This document shows, piece after piece, positions 52,282-62,595 of a stretch of 64,000 nt of DNA. The notes under the pieces were generated by a model that worked only from the letters and a program-made list of their open reading frames with translations, had not been told where the DNA came from and did not search any database. A program made the translations under genes and the position numbers. Source of the stretch: Rhodospirillaceae bacterium (GTDB lineage Bacteria; Pseudomonadota; Alphaproteobacteria; GCA-2731375); the NCBI GenBank assembly GCA_018701215.1, contig JABIWH010000044.1:4674-68673 (forward strand), given 5' to 3'. Within the stretch, counting starts at the first letter, position 1. Each line of letters begins with the position of its first letter.

Positions 52282-53364
52282 CTATTGGCGCGCCGTGCTT
52301 TGCAAATCCATGAAAGCGCTCAAGATAACCTGTTTTCGATCCAGATTGACCCGTTCGGCCCGCATGGCCAGGCCGCCGATCTTTTCCCATAGCTCGACCC
52401 AGCGATCAAGGCCAACCGCGCCGGTCAGACGGCCGGCCAGGGCAACTTCGCCCGCCACCGCGTCGCTCATTCCGCCCAGCCCGGCACCGCCACGGGCCAG
52501 ACGCGACAGCCACAGACGCAACAGATCGATCCAAACCCGATAGGCGGCCTCGTTATTGGCCCGGTTCAGACGGTCGCCCAGGGCATGCACCGCCGCGAAA
52601 TCCAGCTCCGGCAGATTGCGCACCAGCTTGAGCAATTCGTCATAGGCCTGCAGGCCGCCTTCCGCGCCCATGGCCAAGGCGCGGCCGGGGCTGCCCTCGG
52701 CCAGGCGAACCAGGCCCAGGCGCTCGCCCTCGTCCATCTCCGGTGCCTGCTGGGCCAGCACCGCCATGGCATCCGCCTCCGCCAACGGGCGCAGGGCAAG
52801 GTGGCGGCAGCGCGATCGGATGGTCGGCAGCAAACGGCCGGCGGCATGGCTGACCAACAACAACAGGCTGTTCTCGGGCGGCTCTTCCAACAGCTTCAAC
52901 AAGGCATTGGCGGCGTTTGGGTTCATTTCTTCGGCGCCGTCAATGATGGCAACGCGCCAGCCGCCCTCGGCCGAGGTCATGGAATAAAAGCGGCCCAGGG
53001 CGCGGATTTGATCAACCACGATATCGCCACGCATTTTCTTGGTTTTCTCGTTCAAAGTCCGTTCGATCACTTGCAGATCGCCAAGGCTGCCGGCCAGGAT
53101 TCGGCGAAAGACATCGTGCTCGGGCGCCATTTGCAGGCTGTCGGGACCGCCAAACAGACCGCCATCGCCGCCGCCCGAAAGCTGGAAGCGCGCCATGCGG
53201 TAGGCCAAGGTCATTTTGCCAATGCCCCTGGGGCCGGAGAGCAGCCAGGCATGCGGCATACGTTGGGCGGCGGCGGTTTCAAGAAAGGCCTGTTCCGCCC
53301 CGTCATGGCCGATCAATGTGGCGGTGGCGATAGGGCCGGAGGGAACTTCGGGATCATCCGCCAT
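52282..53364 (-). CDS. holB: DNA polymerase III subunit delta'
   Basis: HAWLLSGPRGIGKMTLAYRMARF and SRCRHLALRPL. Confidence 0.88.
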   Translation of the reverse strand: MADDPEVPSGPIATATLIGHDGAEQAFLETAAAQRMPHAWLLSGPRGIGKMTLAYRMARFQLSGGGDGGLFGGPDSLQMAPEHDVFRRILAGSLGDLQVIERTLNEKTKKMRGDIVVDQIRALGRFYSMTSAEGGWRVAIIDGAEEMNPNAANALLKLLEEPPENSLLLLVSHAAGRLLPTIRSRCRHLALRPLAEADAMAVLAQQAPEMDEGERLGLVRLAEGSPGRALAMGAEGGLQAYDELLKLVRNLPELDFAAVHALGDRLNRANNEAAYRVWIDLLRLWLSRLARGGAGLGGMSDAVAGEVALAGRLTGAVGLDRWVELWEKIGGLAMRAERVNLDRKQVILSAFMDLQSTARQ

Positions 53365-53373
53365 GGCAGTACA

Positions 53374-54549
53374 TCAATTGCTGGCGCCGCCGAACAACAG
53401 ATGTTCCAGCGCCGCGCCAAGTCGGCCAAAAATACCCTTGCGGGCGATATCGGCGCCGGCGATCAGGGGCCGCTCGATCGGGGTCATGTTTGGCGCTTCG
53501 ATGCGCAAGGTCGCCACCGCCTGACCCTTGGCGATGGGCGCGGGCAAGGGGCCCTGATAATTAACGCTGACCTTCATGGCGCGGCGCGCCTTGCGCGGGA
53601 TGATGATGCTCAGCGGATCCTCGATCAACAGGGGCACCGCGCCCGCACTGCCCAGCCAGACCGGGGCGTCCGCCACCTGTTCGCCGGCCTTGAACAGGGC
53701 GTAGTTGCCGAATTCGCGAAACCCCCAGGACAACAGCCGTTGCGATTCCTTGCTGCGCTGATTGACACTGTTCAAGCCGTTGACCACCAGGTCCAGGCGC
53801 CGCCCGCTGCGCTGGGCCGAGGCGACCAGGCCGTAGCCGGCGGCCTCCGTATGACCGGTCTTCAGGCCGTCGGCGCCGACGTTTTTGTAAAGCAGGGGGT
53901 TGCGGTTGCCCTGGCGGATCTTGGAAAAGGTAAAACTGCGTTCGGAAAAGATCGGATAAAACTGCGGGAATTTATCGATCAGGGCGCGGGCCAGAACAGA
54001 CAAATCCTTGGCGGTCATGACGTGATCAGGATGCGGCCAGCCGGAGGCGTTGACGAAATGGCTGTCCAGCATGCCCAATTCCCGGGCCGTCTCGTTCATC
54101 AGGGCTGCAAAGGATGCTTCATCGCCGCCAATGCCTTCCGCCACCACGATGCAGGCATCGTTGCCTGATTGAATAATGATGCCACGGATCAGATCGCTGA
54201 TCTTGACCTGGGTGTTGACGCGGACGAACATTTTCGAGCCGCCCATGCGCCAGGCTTTCTTACTGACCGGAAAGGTATCGTCCATCTTCAAGCCGCCGGC
54301 GGCCAGCCGATCAAACAGCATATACAGGGTCATCAGCTTGGACATGGATGACGGCGGCATGGACTGTTCGGAATTCTTGGAAAACAGCACCGTCCCGGTG
54401 GCGTGATCGACCAAGATCGCCTGTTTGGCCGGGGTTTCGATCACGGAGACCGCCGCCGTCGAGACATTGCTGCCCGGAAGTACCAGAGCCGGGGCCAAAA
54501 CCATGGCGGCCAGCAGAAGCAACCGCGATCCATATCCGAAAAGACTCAT
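53374..54549 (-). CDS. dacC: D-alanyl-D-alanine carboxypeptidase (PBP5/6 class)
   Basis: Signal peptide. SMSKLMT (SxxK), SGND (SxN) and KTGHT (KTG). Confidence 0.9.
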   Translation of the reverse strand: MSLFGYGSRLLLLAAMVLAPALVLPGSNVSTAAVSVIETPAKQAILVDHATGTVLFSKNSEQSMPPSSMSKLMTLYMLFDRLAAGGLKMDDTFPVSKKAWRMGGSKMFVRVNTQVKISDLIRGIIIQSGNDACIVVAEGIGGDEASFAALMNETARELGMLDSHFVNASGWPHPDHVMTAKDLSVLARALIDKFPQFYPIFSERSFTFSKIRQGNRNPLLYKNVGADGLKTGHTEAAGYGLVASAQRSGRRLDLVVNGLNSVNQRSKESQRLLSWGFREFGNYALFKAGEQVADAPVWLGSAGAVPLLIEDPLSIIIPRKARRAMKVSVNYQGPLPAPIAKGQAVATLRIEAPNMTPIERPLIAGADIARKGIFGRLGAALEHLLFGGASN

Positions 54550-54655
54550 GAAACCTCGTCCCCTAACCTCTTGCCCAATCATCAGGCAAACCTAGACGTG
54601 AAATATAGCGAATTTGTGGCGGGCCGGGGACCGTCAAAGATATTTTTTTGCATAT

Positions 54656-56179
54656 TCATTCATCATCGTTCGCAAGTTCGCGGCGCAGGGTGAATTTTTC
54701 CACCTTGCCCATGGCGTTGCGCGGCAAAGCCCGCATGAAAATCACCTGGCGCGGATGCTTGTAGCGGGCCAGGCGGCCCTCGAACAAGGCCAGGACGTCA
54801 CCACCCTGAATATCGCCGCCCACACGGCGTACCACGCAGGCCACGGGAATTTCGCCCCAGCGCTGATCGGGCCGGCCAACCACGGCGGCCTCAACCAAAT
54901 CCGGGCAGGCGGCGAGAATATTTTCCAGCTCCGCCGGGTAAATGTTCTCGCCGCCCGAGATCACCACGTCTTTCTTGCGCTCATCGACATAGTAGTATCC
55001 ATCTTCGTCCTGATGCCCGATATCGCCGGTGTGGAACCAGCCGCCTTCGTAGGCTGCCGCCGTGCCTGCCGCATTGTGCCAATATTCGCGGAACAGGTTC
55101 CTGCCGCGCAGAACAATCTCGCCGCCTTCACCCTGGCCCACATCATCGCCGCCGTCATCGACGATACGTACCTCGGTATGCAGAGCCGGTTTGCCGCATG
55201 ATCCGATTTTGGGCCAGGCATCGGCGATCGGCAGGCAGACCGCTACCGGCGCGCTTTCCGTCAGGCCGTAAACCTGCGTCGCGGCAATACCCCGGTCCAG
55301 AAAGGCGCGCAAAATCGTCTCTGGCACGGCGGAGGAGCCAAGGGCCACGAAACGCAGACTGGATAGATCCGTTGCCGCCCAGTCGGGATGGCCGGCCAAG
55401 GTCATGGCCATGGCCGGCACCGTCAGAAAAATCGTCGGCTTGCGTTGCGCGATGGCGGCCAAGGTCGCGGCCGGGTCAAACCGGGCCTGAATGGTGACCG
55501 TGGCGCCGGCATGAATGGCGGGTGTGGTGTGGATATTCATGCCGCCCACATGGAACATGGGCAGCACGGTCAGAATATGATCGGCGGAGGTGATGTCCTG
55601 GGCCGCAATGGCATTGACCGCGTTGTATAAAATCGCCTCCTGGGTCAGCAATGTGCCCTTGGGCCGCCCGGTGGTGCCGGAGGTATAGACGATGGTCACA
55701 GGGTCATCGAGATCGCCGCCGCCCGTCGCCATCATTTCGGTGGCGGCAAGCAGCGCCTCGTAACTTTGCCAGGTTGCGTCGGGCGCGGCGCCATGTGCGG
55801 GCCCATAGGCCACGAGGGGCAGGCCGCTATCGAGGCCGTTCAGGTGCGCAAAAAAGTCAGCTTCGGCCAGCACCGCCTTGGGTTCGCAATCCTCCAGTAT
55901 CCAGGCATGTTCCGGCGCCGCCAGACGCCAGTTCAGGGGCACCAGCATCGCACCCAGGCGGGCACAGGCGAACAGCAGCTCCAACAATTCGGGGCTGTTA
56001 TAGCCAAGATGCGCCACCCGGTCGCCCTTGCCCACGCCCAGCGCGCCCTGCAACATGGCGGCCAGGCGCCGAACCCTGACATCCATTTCACCATAACTGA
56101 TGTCCCGGCCCTCGAAATGCACCGCCGTTTTGTTGCCGTGCCAATCAGCCCAATGGCTGATCCAGTGCGAGATATCCAT
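54656..56179 (-). CDS. AMP-dependent acyl-CoA synthetase/ligase
   Basis: 507 aa. IVYTSGTTGRPKG, GWFHTGDIG and ISGGENIYP. Confidence 0.9.
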   Translation of the reverse strand: MDISHWISHWADWHGNKTAVHFEGRDISYGEMDVRVRRLAAMLQGALGVGKGDRVAHLGYNSPELLELLFACARLGAMLVPLNWRLAAPEHAWILEDCEPKAVLAEADFFAHLNGLDSGLPLVAYGPAHGAAPDATWQSYEALLAATEMMATGGGDLDDPVTIVYTSGTTGRPKGTLLTQEAILYNAVNAIAAQDITSADHILTVLPMFHVGGMNIHTTPAIHAGATVTIQARFDPAATLAAIAQRKPTIFLTVPAMAMTLAGHPDWAATDLSSLRFVALGSSAVPETILRAFLDRGIAATQVYGLTESAPVAVCLPIADAWPKIGSCGKPALHTEVRIVDDGGDDVGQGEGGEIVLRGRNLFREYWHNAAGTAAAYEGGWFHTGDIGHQDEDGYYYVDERKKDVVISGGENIYPAELENILAACPDLVEAAVVGRPDQRWGEIPVACVVRRVGGDIQGGDVLALFEGRLARYKHPRQVIFMRALPRNAMGKVEKFTLRRELANDDE

Positions 56180-56192
56180 TGCCGCCTACTCT

Positions 56193-57401
56193 CTAACTCT
56201 CGCCCGCCTCGAACAGGCTTTCCCGGCCCAGGCGTTCCATACAGATCTCCGGTGTCCAGGGTAGCATCAGGGCGCCGCAACGGGAATCCCGATACAATTG
56301 TTCCAAGCGCAGGCTGCGGAAGATAGCCCGCCCGCCGCAAGTGCGCAGCGCCAGGCGGCAGATGTCGTTGGCGAACTCCATCACCGTGTATTGCGCCGCA
56401 TAGGCCCGCAGGCGGGCATCCTTGGCCGGATTGACCCCGGCCTCGGCAATGGCGCATTGGAACAGCGCGCGGGCCTGTTCCAGCTTGATGCGCATTTCCG
56501 CCACCGCCAGCTGTTTGGCCGGACTGTGCCGGGCACTGCCGGCGGGCGGGCCGCCCTCGACCTCGCCGCGCAGATACTGGCAGGTAAAATCAAACGCCGC
56601 CTGGGCGATGCCCATATAGGTGGGGCACAGGGTCATGAACATATGCGGCCAGGTCAGGGCGGCCTGATAGTATTTGCCCCGCGGCATCAATTGATGCGCG
56701 TCGGGCACGAAGACATCCGTCAGCCGCAGATTATTGGACGAGGTCGCCCGCATGCCCAGGACATCCCACTCGCCATGAATGGAGAAACCTTCCGATGTAC
56801 CATCGACCGCCAGATAAATGGTGTCGCGGACATCGGCTTCGCCCACATCTTTGGCCTCGGTACAGAGCACGCCGTAGAAATCCGCCGCGCCCGCCAGGGA
56901 GGCGAAATGCTTGGCGCCATTGACCAGCCAACCACCATCTACTTTCCGTGCGGTGGTGCCAAAGGGCGCCTTGCCCGCCGCCGCCGCGCTGTTTGGCTCG
57001 GAAAACGGCTGCGCAAAAATCGCGCCGTCCTCGATCACCTTGCGGTAGATACCCGTGCGGCGGCCTTCATGTGCCGTGCGCTGTTCATCGGTCATCTCCA
57101 GATCATCTGCCATCTGCGACGACCACAACATGGTGGCGCAATGCATGTTGAAGGTCAGCGCCGTGGCCCCGCACCATCGTCCCAACTCGGCCGAGATCTC
57201 CATATAGCCCCGGTAGTCCACGCCCAGGCCGCCATAGCGCTGTGGAATAACCAGGCCAAGAAACCCGGCCTCGCGCAGATCGGCGTAGTTTTCGGTCGGG
57301 AAGCGGCCTTCCCGGTCATAAGCCGGGGCGCGGGCGAGAAATTTGTCCCGGCCCAGATGGCGCGCGGTGGCCAGCAGCTCGTCCTGGGCCGGCGCCGTCA
57401 T
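56193..57401 (-). CDS. Acyl-CoA dehydrogenase-fold protein lacking the canonical C-terminal catalytic Glu
   Basis: ACAD-like domains. The position of the usual YEGT.E motif reads MLPWTPEICMERLG. The ATG at 57401 overlaps the upstream gene's stop (ATGA). The longest ORF extends to 57464. Confidence 0.8.
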   Translation of the reverse strand: MTAPAQDELLATARHLGRDKFLARAPAYDREGRFPTENYADLREAGFLGLVIPQRYGGLGVDYRGYMEISAELGRWCGATALTFNMHCATMLWSSQMADDLEMTDEQRTAHEGRRTGIYRKVIEDGAIFAQPFSEPNSAAAAGKAPFGTTARKVDGGWLVNGAKHFASLAGAADFYGVLCTEAKDVGEADVRDTIYLAVDGTSEGFSIHGEWDVLGMRATSSNNLRLTDVFVPDAHQLMPRGKYYQAALTWPHMFMTLCPTYMGIAQAAFDFTCQYLRGEVEGGPPAGSARHSPAKQLAVAEMRIKLEQARALFQCAIAEAGVNPAKDARLRAYAAQYTVMEFANDICRLALRTCGGRAIFRSLRLEQLYRDSRCGALMLPWTPEICMERLGRESLFEAGES

Positions 57402-58444
57402 GCCAGCTCTCCTTGCAAAACACCGTCCTTGACCACCGCCTGACCATCCAGTTGCACGGTGCAATTGCGGATCGGCAGGTCGAAGTGGCCCAGGGTTTGC
57501 CGGCCTGCCACTTCGTTGGCGCCGGTGGAATAGACCACGTTGCCGGCAAAGGCACGCAGTTCGGTACCGTTGAAATCCCTGCGGTCGTACATGGTCATGG
57601 CGTCCCAGCGGGCCCCGTGGTTCATGCCCCAGCCGATATGCGAGGTGGCATAGGCATCCCGGTCATCCCAGGCTGCGAAATAGCTGCGCATCAGATCCGC
57701 GTCGACGCCGGCGCCTTCGATGGCCGTGACATAATCGTCCTCGATCCGCAACGTGATGGGCGCATCAAGATAACGCTTGAAAGTCAGGTTCACATCGCCC
57801 CGGTCCAGGACCAGGGTGCCGTTGACGGTACCGGTATTGGGAAAGCACAGGCACAGCCCGCCGGGCCAGTGGGACATGATGCCGGGCCGGGTGACCCAAC
57901 CCCAGCCACCGCCCGCCACGGCGCCGGTCAAATCCACGGACAGATTACTGCCCGCGGCCGAGGTAATGGTCATGGCCTTGGCCCCGCGCAGCATCTTCAT
58001 GCCCGTCTTGACCTTGCCTTCCAGGGCATCGTCGGGGGCCAGGCGCTCCAGCGCCTCGGGATGTTCGTTGGAAATCATCAGGACCCTGGCGCCGCCCTGC
58101 AGAATCTCCGCCAGTTCCGGGGCATGCAGCAAACCCTCCACTGTACAGTCTACGACAAAGGTGGTGGAGGCCAGGGCGCCCACGATGGGCCGGATATTCT
58201 GGATCACGTCCGAGGCGCCGGTGGAACGGATGGGCACGGGCGCCGATTGCGCCGGTGTCGGGATCACGATGTGAAACGGTTGTGCGCCCAATTGATGCAA
58301 GGCCAGTTCCGCCAACTGCACATTGATGGGCCGGGACTGGCTTTCCGACAGGATCGCCACCGCCTCGCCCGGTTCCACCTTGCACCTGGCGAAGACGCGG
58401 GCAAAGCAATCAATCCATTTCCCCTCGATACGTTCCTGCAGCAT
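57398..58444 (-). CDS. NicX-like (2,5-dihydroxypyridine 5,6-dioxygenase / aminopeptidase-T fold) protein
   Basis: 348 aa. SHIGWGMN..., AFAGNVVYSTGANEVAGRQTLGHFDLPIRNCTVQLDG matches, from memory, the NicX C-terminal metal-site region. Needs an HMM check. Confidence 0.7.
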   Translation of the reverse strand: MLQERIEGKWIDCFARVFARCKVEPGEAVAILSESQSRPINVQLAELALHQLGAQPFHIVIPTPAQSAPVPIRSTGASDVIQNIRPIVGALASTTFVVDCTVEGLLHAPELAEILQGGARVLMISNEHPEALERLAPDDALEGKVKTGMKMLRGAKAMTITSAAGSNLSVDLTGAVAGGGWGWVTRPGIMSHWPGGLCLCFPNTGTVNGTLVLDRGDVNLTFKRYLDAPITLRIEDDYVTAIEGAGVDADLMRSYFAAWDDRDAYATSHIGWGMNHGARWDAMTMYDRRDFNGTELRAFAGNVVYSTGANEVAGRQTLGHFDLPIRNCTVQLDGQAVVKDGVLQGELA

Positions 58445-58511
58445 GCCGCTTCATCCCCTTTTTTTCGCCCTGATGTTAGTGCAATAATCCTTTCAGATGA
58501 CAGGATAAAAC

Positions 58512-59438
58512 ATGACCTTGATTTTTGAACACGCGATCTGCCTGGAACATGATATGGGCGCGGGCCATCCCGAACGGCCCGATCGTCTGCGCGCCATCCA
58601 AATAGCTTTGGCGGAACCTGAATTCGCGGCGCTGGAGCGGCGCCAGGCACCGCTCGCCAGTTGGCAACAGATCGCCCTGGTGCATCCGCAAAGCTATATC
58701 GATCAGGTGATCGCGGCCGCGCCCGAACAAGGCCGGGTGCAGCTGGACCCTGACACGGCGATGAACCCGGCCTCGTTGGAAGCCGCGCAACGGGCAACGG
58801 GCGCCGTCTGCGCCGCCATCGACGCCGTCATGGCGGGGCAGGCCAAGAACGCCTTTTGCGCCGTACGCCCGCCCGGCCATCATGCCGAACCAGAACGCTC
58901 CATGGGTTTTTGCATCTTCAATTCGGTCGCGATTGGCGCCCAGCATGCCCGCGCCGCCCATGGTTTGCAGCGCGTCGCGGTGGTGGATTTCGACGTGCAC
59001 CACGGCAATGGTACCCAGGCCGCGTTCTGGGACGACGGCGATTTGTTCTATGGCTCCACCCACCAGATGCCGCTGTACCCGGGCACCGGCGCGGCATCGG
59101 AAACAGGCGCCGGCAACATCCACAATTTTCCCCTGGCCCCAGGTGCCGCGGGGATCGATTTCCGCGATGCCGTCACCGATGGTTTGCTGCCAGCCTTGGA
59201 TGCGTTCAAGCCGGAATTTTTGCTGATTTCGGCGGGTTTTGATGCCCATGCCGATGACCCCTTGGCGCAACTGCGCCTGGACACCGATGACTATACATGG
59301 GTCAGCCGGGAATTATTGGCCGTGGCGGCGCGTCATTGCGATGGGCGGCTGGTTTCCTCTCTTGAAGGCGGTTATGATCTGACCGCATTGGCAATGGCAA
59401 CGGCGGCCCACATCCGTGCCCTGATGTCCGGACCCTGA
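58512..59438 (+). CDS. Histone deacetylase-family amidohydrolase
   Basis: VRPPGHHAE, DFDVHHGNGTQ and LEGGYDL. Confidence 0.9.
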   Translation: MTLIFEHAICLEHDMGAGHPERPDRLRAIQIALAEPEFAALERRQAPLASWQQIALVHPQSYIDQVIAAAPEQGRVQLDPDTAMNPASLEAAQRATGAVCAAIDAVMAGQAKNAFCAVRPPGHHAEPERSMGFCIFNSVAIGAQHARAAHGLQRVAVVDFDVHHGNGTQAAFWDDGDLFYGSTHQMPLYPGTGAASETGAGNIHNFPLAPGAAGIDFRDAVTDGLLPALDAFKPEFLLISAGFDAHADDPLAQLRLDTDDYTWVSRELLAVAARHCDGRLVSSLEGGYDLTALAMATAAHIRALMSGP

Positions 59439-59461
59439 TGGCGGCATGAAAGTATTGGCGA

Positions 59462-59734
59462 ATGGCAAAGCAAACAAAAACTGAAAGCGAAGCTATACCC
59501 GATGATGTGGCGGCCATGAGTTTTGAGGCGGCCATGGCGGAGCTGGAATCCATCGTGCAGAATTTGGAAGGCGGCCAGGTCGATCTGGATGCCTCCATCG
59601 CATTGTATAGCCGGGGCGCGGTTTTGAAACGCCATTGCGAGGCGAAACTGAACGCCGCCAGCGAGCAGGTCGAAAAGATCGTCGCCGATGGCGCCGGCCA
59701 GGCCCAGGCGGTCGAAGCCGCCAATATCGAATAA
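59462..59734 (+). CDS. xseB: Exodeoxyribonuclease VII small subunit
   Basis: FEAAMAELESIVQNLEGGQVDLDASIALYSRG. Confidence 0.9.
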   Translation: MAKQTKTESEAIPDDVAAMSFEAAMAELESIVQNLEGGQVDLDASIALYSRGAVLKRHCEAKLNAASEQVEKIVADGAGQAQAVEAANIE

Positions 59735-59765
59735 CAACTCAATAGACAGTAGATAGCGTACACAA

Positions 59766-60644
59766 ATGGTTGATTTTAATGCCATGCTGGCCGAGGCCGT
59801 GGATCAGGAACTGGACAATCTATTGCCTGCGGGCCGCGAGCTGGAACATCGCCTGTTCGATGCCATGCGCTACGCGGTTCTGGGCGGCGGCAAGCGCTTG
59901 CGCCCATTTCTGGTCATCGCCGGCGGCGAGATTTTTGATATGGAGATGGCGCAATGTCTGCGCACGGCGGCGGCGGTAGAATTGGTGCATGCCTATAGCC
60001 TGGTGCATGACGACCTGCCCTGCATGGACGATGATGACCTGCGCCGGGGACGGCCGACCGTGCATGTGAAGTTCGATGAGGCCACGGCGGTGCTGGTCGG
60101 CGACGCCCTGTTGACCCTGGCCTTCGAAATACTGGCCGACCGCAGGACCTCCGCCGATCCGGAGGTACGGACAAATCTTGTCGCCGGCCTGGCAAAAGCG
60201 GCGGGCGGCCACGGCATGGTCGGCGGTCAGGTGCTGGACCTTTGGGCCGAGAATAATCCCTTGGACGAGGCCGGAACGGTGCGTATGCAACGCCTGAAAA
60301 CAGGCGAAATGATCGCCTTCGCGGGCGAGGCGGGGGGCATTCTGGCCCGGGCCCGGCCGCAGCAGCGCCAGGCCTTGCGCATGTTCGCCCACGATCTCGG
60401 CCTGGCCTTTCAGATCACCGACGACCTGCTGGACGCCGAAGGCAGCGCGGTGGAGGTCGGCAAGGCCACGGGCAAGGATGCCGCCGCGGGCAAGGCAACC
60501 ATCGTTGCCAAATTGGGTATTGAAGCGGCCCGTGACCGGGCTACCTTGTTATCCCGCCAGGCGGCGGCGCATTTGGACCGTTTTGGCGACAAGGCTAACC
60601 CTTTGCGGGCTTTGTGCGAATTCGTTATAACTCGAAGCAATTGA
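59766..60644 (+). CDS. ispA: Farnesyl-diphosphate synthase (polyprenyl synthetase)
   Basis: FARM motif LVHDDLPCMDDDDLRRG and SARM motif FQITDDLLD. Confidence 0.92.
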   Translation: MVDFNAMLAEAVDQELDNLLPAGRELEHRLFDAMRYAVLGGGKRLRPFLVIAGGEIFDMEMAQCLRTAAAVELVHAYSLVHDDLPCMDDDDLRRGRPTVHVKFDEATAVLVGDALLTLAFEILADRRTSADPEVRTNLVAGLAKAAGGHGMVGGQVLDLWAENNPLDEAGTVRMQRLKTGEMIAFAGEAGGILARARPQQRQALRMFAHDLGLAFQITDDLLDAEGSAVEVGKATGKDAAAGKATIVAKLGIEAARDRATLLSRQAAAHLDRFGDKANPLRALCEFVITRSN

Positions 60645-60666
60645 TATGAATTGCGGCGGAAAGTAA

Positions 60667-62589
60667 GTGTCTGATAGCAAGACGCCATTGTTGGATACCA
60701 TCGAAGGGCCGGCGGATACCCGCGAGCTGTCCTTGGAACAGCTGCGCCAGCTGGCGGACGAGCTGCGTGCCGAGACTATCGATGCGGTTTCTCAGACCGG
60801 CGGCCATCTGGGTGCCGGGCTGGGCGTAGTAGAGCTGACCGTGGCGTTGCATCATGTTTTCGATACTCCTAATGACGTGCTGATCTGGGATGTGGGGCAT
60901 CAGGCTTATCCCCATAAGATTCTTACCGGCCGGCGGGACCGGATTCGCACCTTGCGCCAGAGCGGTGGCCTCTCGGGCTTCACCAAGCGTTCGGAAAGCC
61001 CTTATGATCCGTTCGGCACGGCGCATTCCTCGACCTCTATTTCCGCCGGGCTTGGTTTCGCCGTGGCACGGGATCTGGACGGTCGGGATAGCAATGTCGT
61101 CGCGGTAATCGGCGATGGTTCCATGAGTGCCGGCATGGCGTTCGAGGCCATGAACAACGCCGGTTCGTTGGATACCCGCATGATCGTTATCCTAAATGAC
61201 AACGATATGTCCATCGCGCCCCCCGTCGGTGCCATGAGCGCCTATCTCTCACGCCTGTTGTCCTCGCGGCCCTACCGTGGCCTGCGGCATTTCGCCAAAC
61301 AACTGGCCCAGAAGATGCCAGAGCCCATGGAGCGCACCGCGCGCCGGGCCGAGGAATATGCCCGCGGCCTGATTACCGGCGGCACTTTGTTCGAGGAGCT
61401 GGGCTTTTTCTATGTCGGGCCTATCGATGGCCACAATCTGGATCATTTGCTACCGGTGCTGAAAAACGTCCGCGAGGCCCGGCGCACCAATCCGATCCTG
61501 GTGCATGTGGTCACGCAAAAGGGCAAGGGCTATGCCCCGGCCGAGGAAGCAGCGGACAAGTTCCACGGCGTCTCCCGCTTCGATGTGGTTACCGGGACCC
61601 AGGCCAAGGGCAAACCCAATGCGCCCAGCTATACCAACGTGTTCTCCGACCAGCTGGTCCGTGAGGGCGAGCGCGACGACAAGATCGTCGCCATCACGGC
61701 CGCCATGCCCTCAGGCACCGGCCTGGCCGAATTCCAGCAACGCTTTCCCAGCCGCTGTTTCGATGTAGGCATCGCGGAACAGCACGGGGTGACCTTCGCG
61801 GCCGGGCTGGCGGCGGACGGCTACCGGCCCTTCGCGGCGATCTATTCGACGTTCCTGCAGCGGGCCTATGATCAAGTGGTCCACGACGTCGCGATCCAAA
61901 ATCTGCCGGTGCGGTTCGCCATCGATAGGGCCGGTCTGGTGGGTGCCGATGGGCCGACCCATGCGGGCTCCTTCGACATTACCTATCTGGCCAGCCTGCC
62001 GAACTTCGTCGTCATGGCGGCGGCGGACGAGGCCGAACTGACCCGCATGGTGGCCACCGCCGCCCGCATCGACGACCGGCCGTCGGCTTTCCGCTATCCC
62101 CGTGGCGAAGGCGAGGGGGTGGAAATCGAACTGCCTGCCGAACCGCTGGAGATTGGCAAGGGCCGCATGATACGTGAAGGTAATACGGTCGCCATCCTGT
62201 CACTGGGTACACGCTTGGGCGAATCACTGAAGGCGGCGGAAGAGCTGACCGCCAAGGGTATTTCCACATCCGTTGCCGATGCCAGGTTCGTCAAGCCACT
62301 GGACGAGGATCTTGTTTGTAACCTGGCCCGCAACCATGAGGTTCTGATTACCATCGAGGAAGGTTCGATCGGCGGTTTCGCGGCCCATGTACTGCAATGC
62401 CTGGAACGCCATGAATTGCTGGATGAGGGCCTGAAAATCCGCACCATGATGCTGCCCGACAGCTTTATCGAACATAACGCCCCAGAGGAAATGTATGCCA
62501 TCGCGGCCCTGAACGCGCCTGACATTGTAGCCAAGGCCCTGGCCGCCCTGGGGCAGGCGCAAGAGGTCGAGACACCAAAGCTGGCCTGA
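60667..62589 (+). CDS. dxs: 1-deoxy-D-xylulose-5-phosphate synthase
   Basis: GTG start. [45 protein letters not shown]. Confidence 0.96.
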   Translation: MSDSKTPLLDTIEGPADTRELSLEQLRQLADELRAETIDAVSQTGGHLGAGLGVVELTVALHHVFDTPNDVLIWDVGHQAYPHKILTGRRDRIRTLRQSGGLSGFTKRSESPYDPFGTAHSSTSISAGLGFAVARDLDGRDSNVVAVIGDGSMSAGMAFEAMNNAGSLDTRMIVILNDNDMSIAPPVGAMSAYLSRLLSSRPYRGLRHFAKQLAQKMPEPMERTARRAEEYARGLITGGTLFEELGFFYVGPIDGHNLDHLLPVLKNVREARRTNPILVHVVTQKGKGYAPAEEAADKFHGVSRFDVVTGTQAKGKPNAPSYTNVFSDQLVREGERDDKIVAITAAMPSGTGLAEFQQRFPSRCFDVGIAEQHGVTFAAGLAADGYRPFAAIYSTFLQRAYDQVVHDVAIQNLPVRFAIDRAGLVGADGPTHAGSFDITYLASLPNFVVMAAADEAELTRMVATAARIDDRPSAFRYPRGEGEGVEIELPAEPLEIGKGRMIREGNTVAILSLGTRLGESLKAAEELTAKGISTSVADARFVKPLDEDLVCNLARNHEVLITIEEGSIGGFAAHVLQCLERHELLDEGLKIRTMMLPDSFIEHNAPEEMYAIAALNAPDIVAKALAALGQAQEVETPKLA

Positions 62590-62595
62590 GCCGAC

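Noticed and set aside
52585-54168. 527-aa + strand ORF opposite holB/dacC. Similar long shadow ORFs occur at 50738..52261 (opposite metG), 18570..20087 (opposite hyuA), 42423..43739 (opposite groEL), 14899..15960 (opposite leuA), 33605..34801 and 17242..18405.
   Set aside because: In every case the opposite strand encodes a protein with clear conserved motifs. The shadow translations are Arg/Gly/Ala/His-rich with no recognisable domains.
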